From Nibricoccus sp. (GTDB lineage: Bacteria; Verrucomicrobiota; Verrucomicrobiia; Opitutales; Opitutaceae), in NCBI GenBank assembly GCA_047602425.1, contig JASGHG010000001.1, positions 1,760,001 through 1,824,000 on the forward strand: 64,000 nucleotides of DNA. The letters are read 5' to 3'. Under the pieces are notes generated by a model. That model was not told the origin of the DNA. It worked only from the letters and a program-made list of their open reading frames with translations, and did no database searches. This document shows positions 1 to 10,268 of the stretch, in pieces. Both the position numbers and the translations under genes were made by a program. The stretch's first letter is position 1; the number at the start of each line of letters is the position of its first letter.

Positions 1-60
1 GTTTGTGTGTTCATGTCCTACGACAGTTGTCTTCAGTGGCAGCTTTTACCCCGCCCTGCA

Positions 61-1158
61 ATGAAACTGCTCGTACTCGCCCAAACCCCACCACCTCACC
101 ACGGCCAAAGCGCGATGATCGGGCTTCTCGTTGAAGAGCTCGGCCGCGCCGGACAGGGTTTTGAGCTGCACCACGTCAATCTCAAGCTGTCCGAAAACAA
201 TGCCGACGTCGGGCGCTGGCGGGTCGGGAAATTTTTCGCGCTGCTCCGCATTTGCTTCCAGGTGCTCTACACGCGTTGGAAACACGGGCCGATGACGCTC
301 TACTACGTTCCTGCCCCCGCCAAACGCGGCGCACTTTACCGCGACTGGGTGATCATGGCGCTGTGTCGCTCGTTTTTTCCCAAGCTCATCCTCCATTGGC
401 ACGCCGTCGGCCTCGGCCATTGGATCGAAAACGCCGCCTCCAACCTCGAACGCAGCCTCACCAAGAAACTCCTCGGCCAGGCCGACCTCTCCATCATCCT
501 CGCGGAAGAACTCGCCGAGGACGTGATGCCTTTCCTGCCTAAACGCATCGCTATCGTGCAAAATTCGCTCACCGATTCCGGCGTGCTTCCACCCGCCCGC
601 CATCGCGATCCCGAAGCCCGTTTCGAAATTCTCTACATCGGACTCTGCAGCGAGGAAAAAGGCACCTTCGACACGTTGGAGGCGATGCACATCCTCCACG
701 CCCACTCGCCCGGCTCCTATCGCTTGACCATCGCCGGTGCCTTCGAAACTCCGGAAGCGGAAAAGAAATTTCTCAAACGCGCCGCCGAACTCCGCTCCGC
801 TGTGCGCTTCGTCGGCTTCGCCAATCCCGAGGCCAAACTTCAGCTCTTCCAGCAAAGCGACGTCTTTTGCTTTCCCACTTACTACCGGCACGAAGGACAG
901 CCCCTCGTATTGATCGAAGCGCTCGCGCACGACATTCCGATTGTCACCACCCAATGGCGGGCCATCCCATCGATGCTGCCGCGCAAACACGTGTGGTATG
1001 TCGAACCACGCAAACCCGACCAAATCGCCGAAGCCATCTTCAAGTCCCGCCGCTTCAGCCAACCCGGCGGCGCCCTCCGCGAACACTATCTTTTGAACTA
1101 CACCCCCGCCCAACACGTCGGCGCATTGAAAAAAGCGCTAAACTCTGTCGAGGCCTGA
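61..1158 (+). CDS. Glycosyltransferase family 4 (GT-B)
   Basis: N-terminal PPPHHGQ; C-terminal DVFCFPTYYRHEGQPLVLIEALA matches the GT4 ExxPxxxxEA motif; ATG at 61. Confidence 0.9.
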   Translation: MKLLVLAQTPPPHHGQSAMIGLLVEELGRAGQGFELHHVNLKLSENNADVGRWRVGKFFALLRICFQVLYTRWKHGPMTLYYVPAPAKRGALYRDWVIMALCRSFFPKLILHWHAVGLGHWIENAASNLERSLTKKLLGQADLSIILAEELAEDVMPFLPKRIAIVQNSLTDSGVLPPARHRDPEARFEILYIGLCSEEKGTFDTLEAMHILHAHSPGSYRLTIAGAFETPEAEKKFLKRAAELRSAVRFVGFANPEAKLQLFQQSDVFCFPTYYRHEGQPLVLIEALAHDIPIVTTQWRAIPSMLPRKHVWYVEPRKPDQIAEAIFKSRRFSQPGGALREHYLLNYTPAQHVGALKKALNSVEA

Positions 1159-1167
1159 TAGGTTTCC

Positions 1168-1292
1168 TGGAGGGCGACGCGCTGTCGTCGCCGGTTCGAT
1201 ATCGCAAACCGCACCCGTCATTTCACCTCTCGGCGTCCACCAGAAAAATCACCAACCTCCCAAACCCGGCGACGACAGCGCGTCGCCCTCCA
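1168..1292. repeat. REP doublet (REPIN-like) #1: 27-bp perfect inverted repeats
   Basis: TGGAGGGCGACGCGCTGTCGTCGCCGG at 1168-1194 and its exact reverse complement at 1266-1292; each has a GGAG foot and the internal palindrome GGCGACG..CGTCGCC. Confidence 0.9.
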
Positions 1293-1321
1293 TCGGAAAC
1301 CGCTTCCGCCACCTTTTGCGC

Positions 1322-1819
1322 ATGATCGATTCTGCATCCAGCACCCCTTCGCCGGACTATCCGGTGCGCAAACGGCCCGCGCATATGCCAGTGGTCGAAA
1401 CGTCGAAACCGATCATCGTCTTTCTCACCATCTGCACCCACAACCGCAAATCCATCCTCGCCTGCGATAAAGTGCATCAACTGCTCCGTGACACGTGGAT
1501 TCGCGCCCACTTTTGGCAGGTTGGTCGATACGTGATCATGCCGAACCACATCCATCTCTTCGCAGCGCCTGCATGCTGGCCGGTGGAGTCGATTCGGAAA
1601 TGGAGTTCATACTGGAAATCTCACGCCAGCCGCCGTTGGCCAAACCAATCCGAACAACCCATCTGGCAAACGGACGGTTGGGATACCCAGCTTCGATCCG
1701 GCGAATCATATAGCGCGAAATGGGAATACGTGCGCAACAACCCCGTCCGTGCAGGTTTGGTCAACGAGGTCGATGACTGGCCCTACCAAGGCGAAATCAA
1801 CCCTCTCTCTTGGCACTGA
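1322..1819 (+). mobile_element. REP-associated tyrosine transposase (RAYT, Y1/HUH family)
   Basis: FLTICT, YVIMPNHIHL (HUH), IWQ, YVRNNPVRAGLV..WPY motifs; REP doublets on both sides. Confidence 0.9.
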
Positions 1820-1835
1820 TTTTGCGACTCTGACC

Positions 1836-1989
1836 TGGAGGGCGACGCGCCGTCGTCGCCGGTTCGACACCGCCAATCCAATCACGTCGCTCCCAACCGC
1901 TCGACCTCGCCCACCGTTCACTCTCACCACGCTTTCTCCACCTAGCCGCCAATCTCCCAAACCCGGCGACGACAGCGCGTCGCCCTCCA
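1836..1989. repeat. REP doublet #2
   Basis: TGGAGGGCGACGCGCCGTCGTCGCCGG at 1836-1862 (one mismatch) and inverted copy at 1963-1989. Confidence 0.9.
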
Positions 1990-2056
1990 AAGATCCACGA
2001 ACAGGGGAACAGCTGTGGAGTTGCACCGATCGAGCGTCCTCCAATACTAGCGACCG

Positions 2057-3226
2057 ATGCCCTCGCCTGCCCAGCCCAGTCGCCGCCCGAAAATCCTTCA
2101 GTGCGTCACTCATCTGGCTCTCGGCGGCGCGGAACGCGTGGCGCTGACATTGAGCGAGGCGCTCCGTAACGAATTCGATTTCGAAATTTTCGCAGTGCGC
2201 GGTTTGGGCGATGGAAAACTTGGCCAGGATCTCGCGCGTGATGTCGTTCACAGCGGCATTCCGCTCCACTGCGGGAAGCGAGTGCCGATGAAATTCGGCG
2301 GCGTCATCACCAGCGGTTTTGGTTTGGGCCGTGTGGTTCGCCAGGCGAAGCCTGATCTCATTCATCTGCACACCGAAATTCCCGAAGCAGCCTACGCTGC
2401 GTTGATCACCTGCCAGCCGGGCTTACGCAGAATTCCACTTGTACGGACGATTCATAACACCGTCTTTTGGGCTTTCTGGCCCCGTATGGGTCGCTGGGCG
2501 GATCGAAAGATGACCAAAACCTACGCCGCCGGCGTCTCCCCTAGTGCTGGCGCCGCCCTGCTCGCTTTGCGCCAAAAATCCGGGGCCGCCCCGCTCCCTC
2601 AGCCACCCGTCACCATCTACAATGGTGTGCCAGAACCAAAAAGTTCCTTGCGCAAACCACGCAAGGAAGACCAGCCCGTGCGAATCGTCTTCGGCGGTCG
2701 CTTCGAGGACCAAAAAGGCACCGATCTTCTGCCGGACATCCTCGCAAAAGCACCAGCCCCGGCGCCCGGCGCGCATCTGACGCTTTTCGGAAGCGGGGCG
2801 CATGAACCGCTTCTTCGGAAACTTGCACAACAGCCGCCCGCTGGCTGGACGATCGAACTCCGCGCACCGATCCCTGATTTCGCACAGCGTCTTGGCGATT
2901 ATGACTTGGTTTTAATGCCTTCGCGTTACGAAGGGCTCGGCTTAATCGCAGTGGAAGCGTTTCTCGCCGGCACACCTGTCATTGGCACAGACGCCGCCGG
3001 TTTTCGCGAGGCCTTTCCGAGCGATTATCCGTGGCTTGCACAGGCCGGCGACACCCTGAGCTTCGCGCGCCTGCTCAAGGCCGCCCTGGCCGAACCCGAG
3101 AAATGGCCTAAGCTCGCCGAAAGTGGTAACGCTCTCGCCAAAACAAAATTCGCAGTCTCGACCATGGCGGACGGCTACCGCTCGCTCTACCATCAGGCCC
3201 TCGCCAGCCGCCCATGCCAAGGATGA
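2057..3226 (+). CDS. Glycosyltransferase family 4
   Basis: LALGGAERV, GRFEDQKG, MPSRYEGLGLIAVEAF motifs. Confidence 0.9.
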   Translation: MPSPAQPSRRPKILQCVTHLALGGAERVALTLSEALRNEFDFEIFAVRGLGDGKLGQDLARDVVHSGIPLHCGKRVPMKFGGVITSGFGLGRVVRQAKPDLIHLHTEIPEAAYAALITCQPGLRRIPLVRTIHNTVFWAFWPRMGRWADRKMTKTYAAGVSPSAGAALLALRQKSGAAPLPQPPVTIYNGVPEPKSSLRKPRKEDQPVRIVFGGRFEDQKGTDLLPDILAKAPAPAPGAHLTLFGSGAHEPLLRKLAQQPPAGWTIELRAPIPDFAQRLGDYDLVLMPSRYEGLGLIAVEAFLAGTPVIGTDAAGFREAFPSDYPWLAQAGDTLSFARLLKAALAEPEKWPKLAESGNALAKTKFAVSTMADGYRSLYHQALASRPCQG

Positions 3227-3241
3227 TAAAATCAATAAAAC

Positions 3242-3358
3242 TGGAGCCGGTTCGACTCCGCAAACTCCACCGCACCATTTCCCACCGTTCGCTACCCCCA
3301 AACTTGCATCCCCATCCTTCGATCCCCAAACCCGGCGACGACAGCGCGTCGCCCTCCA
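3242..3358. repeat. REP doublet #3; left copy has lost its hairpin
   Basis: Intact inverted REP at 3332-3358; the left end reads TGGAGCCGGTTCGA, i.e. REP flanks without the internal palindrome. Confidence 0.8.
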
Positions 3359-3400
3359 CCCAAGCTCTCTAATGCACGAGGATTAATCTCCGCCTAACCG

Positions 3401-4645
3401 ATGCCGTTTACCACCGCCAATTTTCGCGACCGCTTGCTGCCGATCACGCTCGGCCAGATCGTCGGACTGCTTTGCGGCCTCGGTGGCGTAAAGATGGCAT
3501 CGCGCTTCGTCTCGCCCGCGGACTACGGCGCATATGGAGTTTTTCTTTCCTTCACTCCGCTTGGCATGTGGGTCGTACATGCCGGTCTCATCAAATTCGT
3601 CGCACGCCACTGGGCTGGTTCACCCAATCGTGGAGCGCTCCTCCGGGAGGTCATTGAAGCCAGTTTTAAAAAGCTCCCCTGGCTCGCCCTTGCCACCCTC
3701 GGCGCCGCGCTGGCCATGAATGCCACTGGATTCATAAAAATCTGGCCGGCACTATTCATCTCCGCCTCGCTCCTCAGTATTGGTTTGCTGGCTCAGACTG
3801 CACTTCAAGCTGAGCGGTCACACTGGACGGATTTCGGGATCAGCACCGTCGGCTCGCTTTCGCGCAGTTTTCTTCCGCCACTGCTCTACGTGGCCGCCGG
3901 CAGTAGCTTGGGTTTTTTGGAAACCGGTTTTTGCGCGCATACCGTGCTTTTTGCCTCCGGCTTCCTGTATTTATGGAGCCGATACAAATCGACTGGCACA
4001 TCGGACGGCAGCCGGCAGCTCAGCACTGTTTATGCCGGGCAGCTCTTCGTGATGCTCTCACTGGCTGGCTGGCTGTTGACGGCGGTAAACCGCTGGATTG
4101 TGGCCGGGTTCTTCGGTCAGGAAAAGGCCGGATATTTCACGCTCGCGGGCAATCTCACGCAAATCGCCACCAGCATGTTCAGTCTAGTGGTTGTGCAATA
4201 TTTCCAACCCGGACTCTTCGCGATGTATGGCGAGCAATCTGAACAACGTCGTCTGCTGGCTCGACGCCTCGATCTTATTGCCGCCGGCTTTTGCCTTTGT
4301 TCGCTCGCCGGTGTCGTCGCGCTGCATTTGATCGCACCGTGGCTCGTCGGTCCGCTGATCAATGAAAAATATCGCCCTGCGCTCGGTGCAATTATGCCGG
4401 CCGGTTTCTTCAGCGTGGCCATTCTCACCGCTCAGTTCTACCATACATTGCTGTTGGCCGGACGGCGTGAGCGCGCCTGCGGCCCCGTCGACGTTACCAA
4501 TGCGCTCCTGCTCACGGCCGGAGGCTTGATCGGCGCGATATTCGGAGAACGCTACTTTTTCGACTGGCTCCTGATCAGCCCACTCCTTCCCTGGCTCGTC
4601 ACACGCCAGCTCGCACGGAGGTACTACAACCAACAACAGGACTAA
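3401..4645 (+). CDS. Wzx-like polysaccharide flippase/exporter
   Basis: 414 aa, about 12 hydrophobic segments, SPADYGAY and AGYFTLA MOP-family-like motifs, next to GT genes. Confidence 0.7.
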   Translation: MPFTTANFRDRLLPITLGQIVGLLCGLGGVKMASRFVSPADYGAYGVFLSFTPLGMWVVHAGLIKFVARHWAGSPNRGALLREVIEASFKKLPWLALATLGAALAMNATGFIKIWPALFISASLLSIGLLAQTALQAERSHWTDFGISTVGSLSRSFLPPLLYVAAGSSLGFLETGFCAHTVLFASGFLYLWSRYKSTGTSDGSRQLSTVYAGQLFVMLSLAGWLLTAVNRWIVAGFFGQEKAGYFTLAGNLTQIATSMFSLVVVQYFQPGLFAMYGEQSEQRRLLARRLDLIAAGFCLCSLAGVVALHLIAPWLVGPLINEKYRPALGAIMPAGFFSVAILTAQFYHTLLLAGRRERACGPVDVTNALLLTAGGLIGAIFGERYFFDWLLISPLLPWLVTRQLARRYYNQQQD

Positions 4646-4650
4646 CCGAT

Positions 4651-6219
4651 TTAGTGCCGCTCCCGCTGTGGCATTTCGCCGTTGGTCGGGACGACTTGCG
4701 TGGCCGCCATGGTTTTACGGTGAAAATCCCGACGCATGTACATGATCAAAGCAGCCGGTAATGCGAAAATCTGCGCCCAAACTCCAGCATCACCGTGCAA
4801 ACAATAGTGAAACAACACGACCGAGAACCACTGCGCACAGATAAGTAAACAGACGCGGTCGAATGTATTCCATTCCAACTGATTTTTAATCCTAACCATC
4901 CGAACTACGTCGATGGCCATCTTTGACACAAAAAAAACAAAACTCCCTGTACAAATAAAACCTATGATGCCGGTTTTCAAAATAGACCCTAATAAACCAT
5001 TGTAGAAATATCCGTTAATATACTGCTGCCAAATACCACTATAAGCCGCATCCGAAGGCAGGACATCAAAACGCTCCATGCCAAAGCCTCTACCTACTAA
5101 AGCATACTTCGGAATATCGTTCACAGCCAATTTTAAAACCTCTATGCGATCATTAAGCGTATCAGCCGCATTATCTCTCGATAACGGATCGACCGATATC
5201 CCAGGCAAAAAAGATATCGCGCGTTGCATGGATAAAGGCATGTATTCCGCCGTTGCATAAAGCACTCCCAACCCTGCAACCAGACAAAGTCCCGCAACGA
5301 TCAAGCGTGCTGAGTTCCAATATCGTTGAAAGATGGAAAGGAATACGATGGTCGTCACCGTTTGGACAAATACGGTCCTATGCCCGCTCGACAACGCCAA
5401 CGATGCGGACCCTACCATCAGGGGAACTCCAAACCAAACACCTCGTCCTAAAAGGACGTATAATGGTCGCCATGCCAGCACCGCTGACATTATCGCCGTA
5501 CCGACATACCAAAACGATTGGTATCGACGGAGACCTGTTACTTCATACCCAAGTTCGAAGTTAATCGCATCTGTTGGAATCTCGAAGAAATAGAGAATCC
5601 GCTGCATTCCTCCGCTTAAACTAAAGGAGAAGTCGGATACCAGATAGGTTAGAGACATTACCCATCCCAAATATACTGCGCCGACAACCTGCCGCTCCTT
5701 GAGGTTAGCGATGATCAGCAACAAAGGCACAATAGCCAAAACCATCTGTTGGGTGTAAAAACGTCCGCCCATTTGCTGACCACCCAGAACGCGAAAACCC
5801 ACTCCGCGAAACAGCATCAACATTATGAGTACCGCCACAAACCCTATCATTGCAATTAGCGCCCTCCGCTCCAACCGGTCAAATTTCAAGTCCGACAGCT
5901 TCTGCCGGTTCACCAAAAAATAAACCAGCAAACTCGGCCATGCGAGCAGCGCGCACAGCTCCCACCAGAACGGGCGGCCGGGAAAAAAGGGGACGATCAA
6001 TGCCGCGGGTTGCAGGGCAATCACCAGCCAGGCCAGCGCCTTCGCGTTGATTGCCAGCGTGCCGACGTAGAGCAGTCCGGCGAAGCCCGCAAAAACCAAG
6101 TAGGGCGAATCCGCCATCGTCACACCGGCCCAAACTGCAAAGAGACACGCCAGAATCGCGATCGTCAGACGACGAACCCCGAGTCCTTCGGCTCCGGGAA
6201 ATAATGGGCGGGGTGGCAT
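4651..6219 (-). CDS. O-antigen ligase / Wzy polymerase-like membrane protein
   Basis: Multi-TM protein with SSGHRT, DRIEVL, LVGRGFG and YNGLLG..KTGIIG Wzy_C-like motifs; start uncertain (6219 or 6267). Confidence 0.7.
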   Translation of the reverse strand: MPPRPLFPGAEGLGVRRLTIAILACLFAVWAGVTMADSPYLVFAGFAGLLYVGTLAINAKALAWLVIALQPAALIVPFFPGRPFWWELCALLAWPSLLVYFLVNRQKLSDLKFDRLERRALIAMIGFVAVLIMLMLFRGVGFRVLGGQQMGGRFYTQQMVLAIVPLLLIIANLKERQVVGAVYLGWVMSLTYLVSDFSFSLSGGMQRILYFFEIPTDAINFELGYEVTGLRRYQSFWYVGTAIMSAVLAWRPLYVLLGRGVWFGVPLMVGSASLALSSGHRTVFVQTVTTIVFLSIFQRYWNSARLIVAGLCLVAGLGVLYATAEYMPLSMQRAISFLPGISVDPLSRDNAADTLNDRIEVLKLAVNDIPKYALVGRGFGMERFDVLPSDAAYSGIWQQYINGYFYNGLLGSILKTGIIGFICTGSFVFFVSKMAIDVVRMVRIKNQLEWNTFDRVCLLICAQWFSVVLFHYCLHGDAGVWAQIFALPAALIMYMRRDFHRKTMAATQVVPTNGEMPQRERH

Positions 6220-6428
6220 GGGTTGAGCTATTAGCCAGCATCGCTTCGGCGCAATCGCGAAGTGCAATCCGCACGCCGCGCTCGGTCGTCGTTCTCATTT
6301 TCAACTGGTACTCGGCGTGGAAGGCAGCCATCAAAGGCCGCCGGAGGGACGGTCTGCCATTCGCGTCGAGCTGGGCAGTTTTTATTTCACGGTTCGCACC
6401 ATAACTCCGTTCGTCGGTCTGTGATGCC

Positions 6429-7832
6429 ATGAATTTCGCTGAATTTCGTTTTTGGGGATATCTGCTGGCGGGGCTGGCAGTAGTACTCTTTTTGCGAATT
6501 CTCTGTCGGGGACTATCGGAAGCCAGACGGATCGCCTTCGATAAACTGGGGCTGCTCGGCCTGGGGTTGTTCCTGCTGTTGTGCATCAGCCGCGTCACCT
6601 TTGTCATTTTTCTCGTCGTCGCCATCGGCACGTTTGTCGGGTTGAAGTGGTTGCTTTCGCACGATCCGGCACGACACCGCCGTTATCTCTGGATCTTGAT
6701 TCCGCTTCAGCTTCTGCCGCTGCTTTATTACAAGTACGCCGGTTTCCTGACCAGCCAGGTGTGCGGGATCGACGTGCCGGGTCTGAAGGAGCTGGTGATT
6801 CCAGTCGGCATCTCGTTCTACACTTTTCAAAAAGTAGCCTTCGTCGTCGACACGCTCGTGTTCAAGGAACCGCTTCCGCGTTTTCTCGACTACATGAACT
6901 TTGCCGGATTTTTCCCGCAAATTGTCGCCGGCCCGATCGAGCGTCGGGACAATCTCCTGCCGCAAATGGAAACATTCCGGTTCCGCTGGTCGCCTCACGA
7001 TATCGACGTCGGCGCCGGCTGGATCGTGGTCGGTTTGTTTTTCAAACTCTGCCTGGCCGACAATCTCGCTGGCTTTTTCGACGGCGCGTCGCGCACCAAC
7101 GCCTATCTCATCTGGATGGCGAACCTGCTGTTCGGCCTGCGCATCTACTACGATTTTGCCGGTTACAGTTTGGTCGCGCTCGGGCTCGGCCGCTGCCTGG
7201 GCGTCAAATTGAGCCTCAATTTTCTCAGCCCTTATTGCTCGGCCAGCATCGGCGAATTCTGGCACCGCTGGCACGTCACCTTGTGCCAGTGGTTTCGCGA
7301 CTACCTGTACATTCCGCTGGGCGGCAGTCGCGTGGCCTGGTGGGCTTTCAACATCGCGCTCGTCTTCGTGGTTTCCGGCATCTGGCACGGCGCCGGATGG
7401 AATTTCATCATTTGGGGCGGCATTCACGGCGGCGCCTTGATCCTGAACCGGCTCCTTGGTTCAAAAATAAAACTTCCTCCGGCGCTCGGCTGGATTTTAA
7501 CGATGGCGACTAGTTTCGGCGCCTGGCTGGCGTTTTACGAAATACGAACCGACGCCTTGTTCGCCAAGATCAGGACGATCCTGACGCCCGCCGCCTATAA
7601 CACCGACGCCCTGCGCGAAGCCTTGCATCGCTGGAGCAGCGTCGACGGTTTTGTGATGACCTGCTTCCTCACGCTCAGTGGCGGCGTTCTGCTCGTGGAG
7701 TGGTTTAGCGTTCGAAAAAACCAGCAGCCTTATCGCCTGCTGTTCCACCCCGTCGCACTGATCCTGCTGCTTGTCCTCACCCTTATCCTGGCCCCAGGCA
7801 CAAACAATGGATTCATCTACTTTGCCTTTTGA
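6429..7832 (+). CDS. MBOAT family O-acyltransferase (AlgI/DltB-like)
   Basis: PVGISFYTFQ, FFPQIVAGPIER, YDFAGYS, EFWHRWH, SGIWHGA, C-terminal FIYFAF. Confidence 0.93.
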   Translation: MNFAEFRFWGYLLAGLAVVLFLRILCRGLSEARRIAFDKLGLLGLGLFLLLCISRVTFVIFLVVAIGTFVGLKWLLSHDPARHRRYLWILIPLQLLPLLYYKYAGFLTSQVCGIDVPGLKELVIPVGISFYTFQKVAFVVDTLVFKEPLPRFLDYMNFAGFFPQIVAGPIERRDNLLPQMETFRFRWSPHDIDVGAGWIVVGLFFKLCLADNLAGFFDGASRTNAYLIWMANLLFGLRIYYDFAGYSLVALGLGRCLGVKLSLNFLSPYCSASIGEFWHRWHVTLCQWFRDYLYIPLGGSRVAWWAFNIALVFVVSGIWHGAGWNFIIWGGIHGGALILNRLLGSKIKLPPALGWILTMATSFGAWLAFYEIRTDALFAKIRTILTPAAYNTDALREALHRWSSVDGFVMTCFLTLSGGVLLVEWFSVRKNQQPYRLLFHPVALILLLVLTLILAPGTNNGFIYFAF

Positions 7833-8808
7833 ACCGCCGAGGCCGGTGCGAGCCTCCACCTTGTTGCTCATCGCCTGCGCAACGTGGGCCGCGTGCATCT
7901 TCTACACGCTTTATCAAAACCCCGAGGTCGCGCATTACGCCGAGGGCGCGCGCCTCAAAACGGCTTGGGCAAAAACACTAACTGATCGCTATGGACACAA
8001 GACGGTCGTGTTCGGGGGATCCAGCTGCGAATTCTCGATCGACGGGGAGCGCCTGCTCGATCTCCACCAACTGCCCGTGACCAATTTCGGCGGACACGCC
8101 GGCATGGGCGCGCCCGTGCTCGCAGAAGCGGCCCTGGGCGCGGTGCGACCGGGCGACACCTTGATCGTCGCGATCGAGCAGAGCTTACTGACTGGTTCGG
8201 CAAACCAGACCTCGCTCGGTATTCAATTCAGTGCGGCCACGCACCATCCGGAATGGGTCAACCACCCCGCCTTGGGCGTGGGCGCGACGAACTGGATTCA
8301 AATTCTCGCCGCGCTGAGACCCGGCGGTTATCACACCGGGGTTCTACTCGGAAAACTGCTCCATGGACAGCCCGTGTTCAGTTACCCTCATAGCACGTAT
8401 CGCGGCGCGAGTGGTTGGTCCCAAAGCGTCATGCGACATCCCTTTCATGGCCCGGAATGGTTTCAGGGTGGTCTCTCACCCGGGGGATGCCAACTGCTGC
8501 AAAACTTAAAAGCGTGGTGCGATGCCCACCAAGTCCGCATCGCCTATGCCCTGCCCTGGTGCTACTCCTCGGAGCAGGATGCGCCCCGCTTTCGCCGAGA
8601 CAATCAACGCCTCTTGATTCAAATCGCCGCAATCATGCCCGTCCTCAAGGACCCCAAACTCGGAGCGTATACCGAACGCGAACACTTCGCCGACACCGCC
8701 TATCATCTCAACGAAGCAGGCGTCGCCGCACGCTGCGCCGAACTAGCCCGTGGCCTGAAAGCATGGGAGGTCTGGTCGCCCGCGGAATTGGAAAGTTGGA
8801 ATCCATAG
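7807..8808 (+). CDS. SGNH-like partner of the MBOAT (AlgJ/DltD-like acyl-transfer protein)
   Basis: N-terminal TM anchor, VVFGGSS block-I-like motif, DTAYHLN DxxH-like motif; start overlaps the MBOAT 3' end. Confidence 0.65.
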   Translation: MDSSTLPFEPPRPVRASTLLLIACATWAACIFYTLYQNPEVAHYAEGARLKTAWAKTLTDRYGHKTVVFGGSSCEFSIDGERLLDLHQLPVTNFGGHAGMGAPVLAEAALGAVRPGDTLIVAIEQSLLTGSANQTSLGIQFSAATHHPEWVNHPALGVGATNWIQILAALRPGGYHTGVLLGKLLHGQPVFSYPHSTYRGASGWSQSVMRHPFHGPEWFQGGLSPGGCQLLQNLKAWCDAHQVRIAYALPWCYSSEQDAPRFRRDNQRLLIQIAAIMPVLKDPKLGAYTEREHFADTAYHLNEAGVAARCAELARGLKAWEVWSPAELESWNP

Positions 8809-8879
8809 ATCCGAGCTGAATCCGCTCCTGCCACACTCGGCTGCAGAACAACCAATTTCCCATGTGTTAGCTACGCGCT

Positions 8880-9682
8880 TTAGGTTCCGGCAGCGCGATA
8901 GGATCTGCCGCACTTAGGACCGGATGATCTTAACATGCTGCAAGATCCAATCCGCTGTACGCTGCATCTCCGGTTCGAGAACGGTCTTATCTTTATCAGC
9001 GCCCTCGAAACGACGCTCCAATTCGATTTGCTCATATATTTGTGCACCTTGCCCGCCTCGCTGTGATATCCTCCCTCTTTCAATTGGAGGTAGTAAGTGC
9101 AGATTCCCAGATATGGCAGGGTGTGCGGGCTGATGGTGACGTTGTCACCGTTATCGCCAAAAATCAGCCTCATGGAGCCGAGGGCACGTTTCAGGCCGCT
9201 GGCGGAAAGATCGTTGTGTCCAGCGGTGTTCGGCACGAGGTCGAATGGGTTGATGCGCTCAAGGCCGATTTTAATTCCGACTTTTTCTAGATAGGGCCTG
9301 GTTGAGGCAACCACGGAGCTTCCGGCATGAAACGCCACCGTGTGCCGGTCGAGCTTGCTGCCTGGATGATTCTTCAAGTGGCAGCGCACGGCGGCTTTGA
9401 AATAATCGCGCCCTGGCTGTGCACCACCCAATCGGTTTCTTGACGGCTCATTTGTTGCTCCCAGAGCAGGTCGGCCAGATGTCGCACCTGGCAGCTGGCC
9501 ATGAACGGGAGCGGAGCAATCTTGTCCCAAATGCATTCTGCCTGATCAGACAGAGTGATGCCCTCTGCAGGATTATGAAACAATATGTATTCCTGCACAT
9601 CAGCCTCGGGATAGGCCACATCCACGTGCGCTCCCATCAACCACGTTGTCTCAAGGGACCGAAACCCGAAAACAGTCCCCAT
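8880..9682 (-). pseudogene. Frameshifted, probably N-truncated alpha/beta-hydrolase-like protein
   Basis: ORF 9374-9682 reads WVVHSQGAII; restoring one base at about 9400-9402 continues as FKAAVRCHL..NPFDLVP..SPHTLPYLG in ORF 8880-9536. Confidence 0.6.
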
Positions 9683-9690
9683 CGACTATA

Positions 9691-9923
9691 GCGCACCGAC
9701 GCGGGGAGGCTGCGCGGAAGCCCCGGCAGGTCGCGCGAAAGCCCCGGAAGCTCACGCGGGCAAAGCGGCAGGTCGCGCGGAGACGCCGGTAAAGCGCGCG
9801 AACCGGGCGGCAGTAAGCGCGAAAAGCACAGCGGGTCGTGCGGATCGTCCGGGCAGACCGCGCGGGCGGCCCGGCAACTCACGCGAACATGCCGGCACAT
9901 CGCGCGACAACCCGCGACAGTTC
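9691..9923. repeat. Degenerate 21-bp tandem array, about 11 units
   Basis: Units such as GCGCGGAAGCCCCGGCAGGTC, GCGCGAAAGCCCCGGAAGCTC, ACGCGGGCAAAGCGGCAGGTC; the minus strand encodes (D/E)LPxx(S/P)R heptads. Confidence 0.85.
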
Positions 9924-10268
9924 CCCGCGTCGGCCGTCACCCAGCGCGGACTCCCGCACCGCCTTCGCGCCAGACCCAGCACACCGCGAAATGGGCAGCG
10001 ATCCCATCCCGCGAACCACGTCCCACCGCGCCGAAGTCTCTGTTCGCGGCGCTACGACCCTTGCACCGCACGCAAATCGTCCAGCCGCACTCGAACCGCG
10101 TGCCTCCGCCAGTCCGGCTCCCATGGAGCCACATGCAAACGAACCGCATGTTAGATGCAAACCATGGACAACAACCGCACGCCATCGTTAAAAACTTTGT
10201 AATCTTTACGATGCGCCTTTTTTTCGCGTTGCCGAACTATTTTATACACCTCCATCACAAGCGGCGTT

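Noticed and set aside
9691..9923. 21-bp array as a CRISPR array
   Set aside because: Tandem degenerate units with no constant repeat/unique spacer structure and no cas genes
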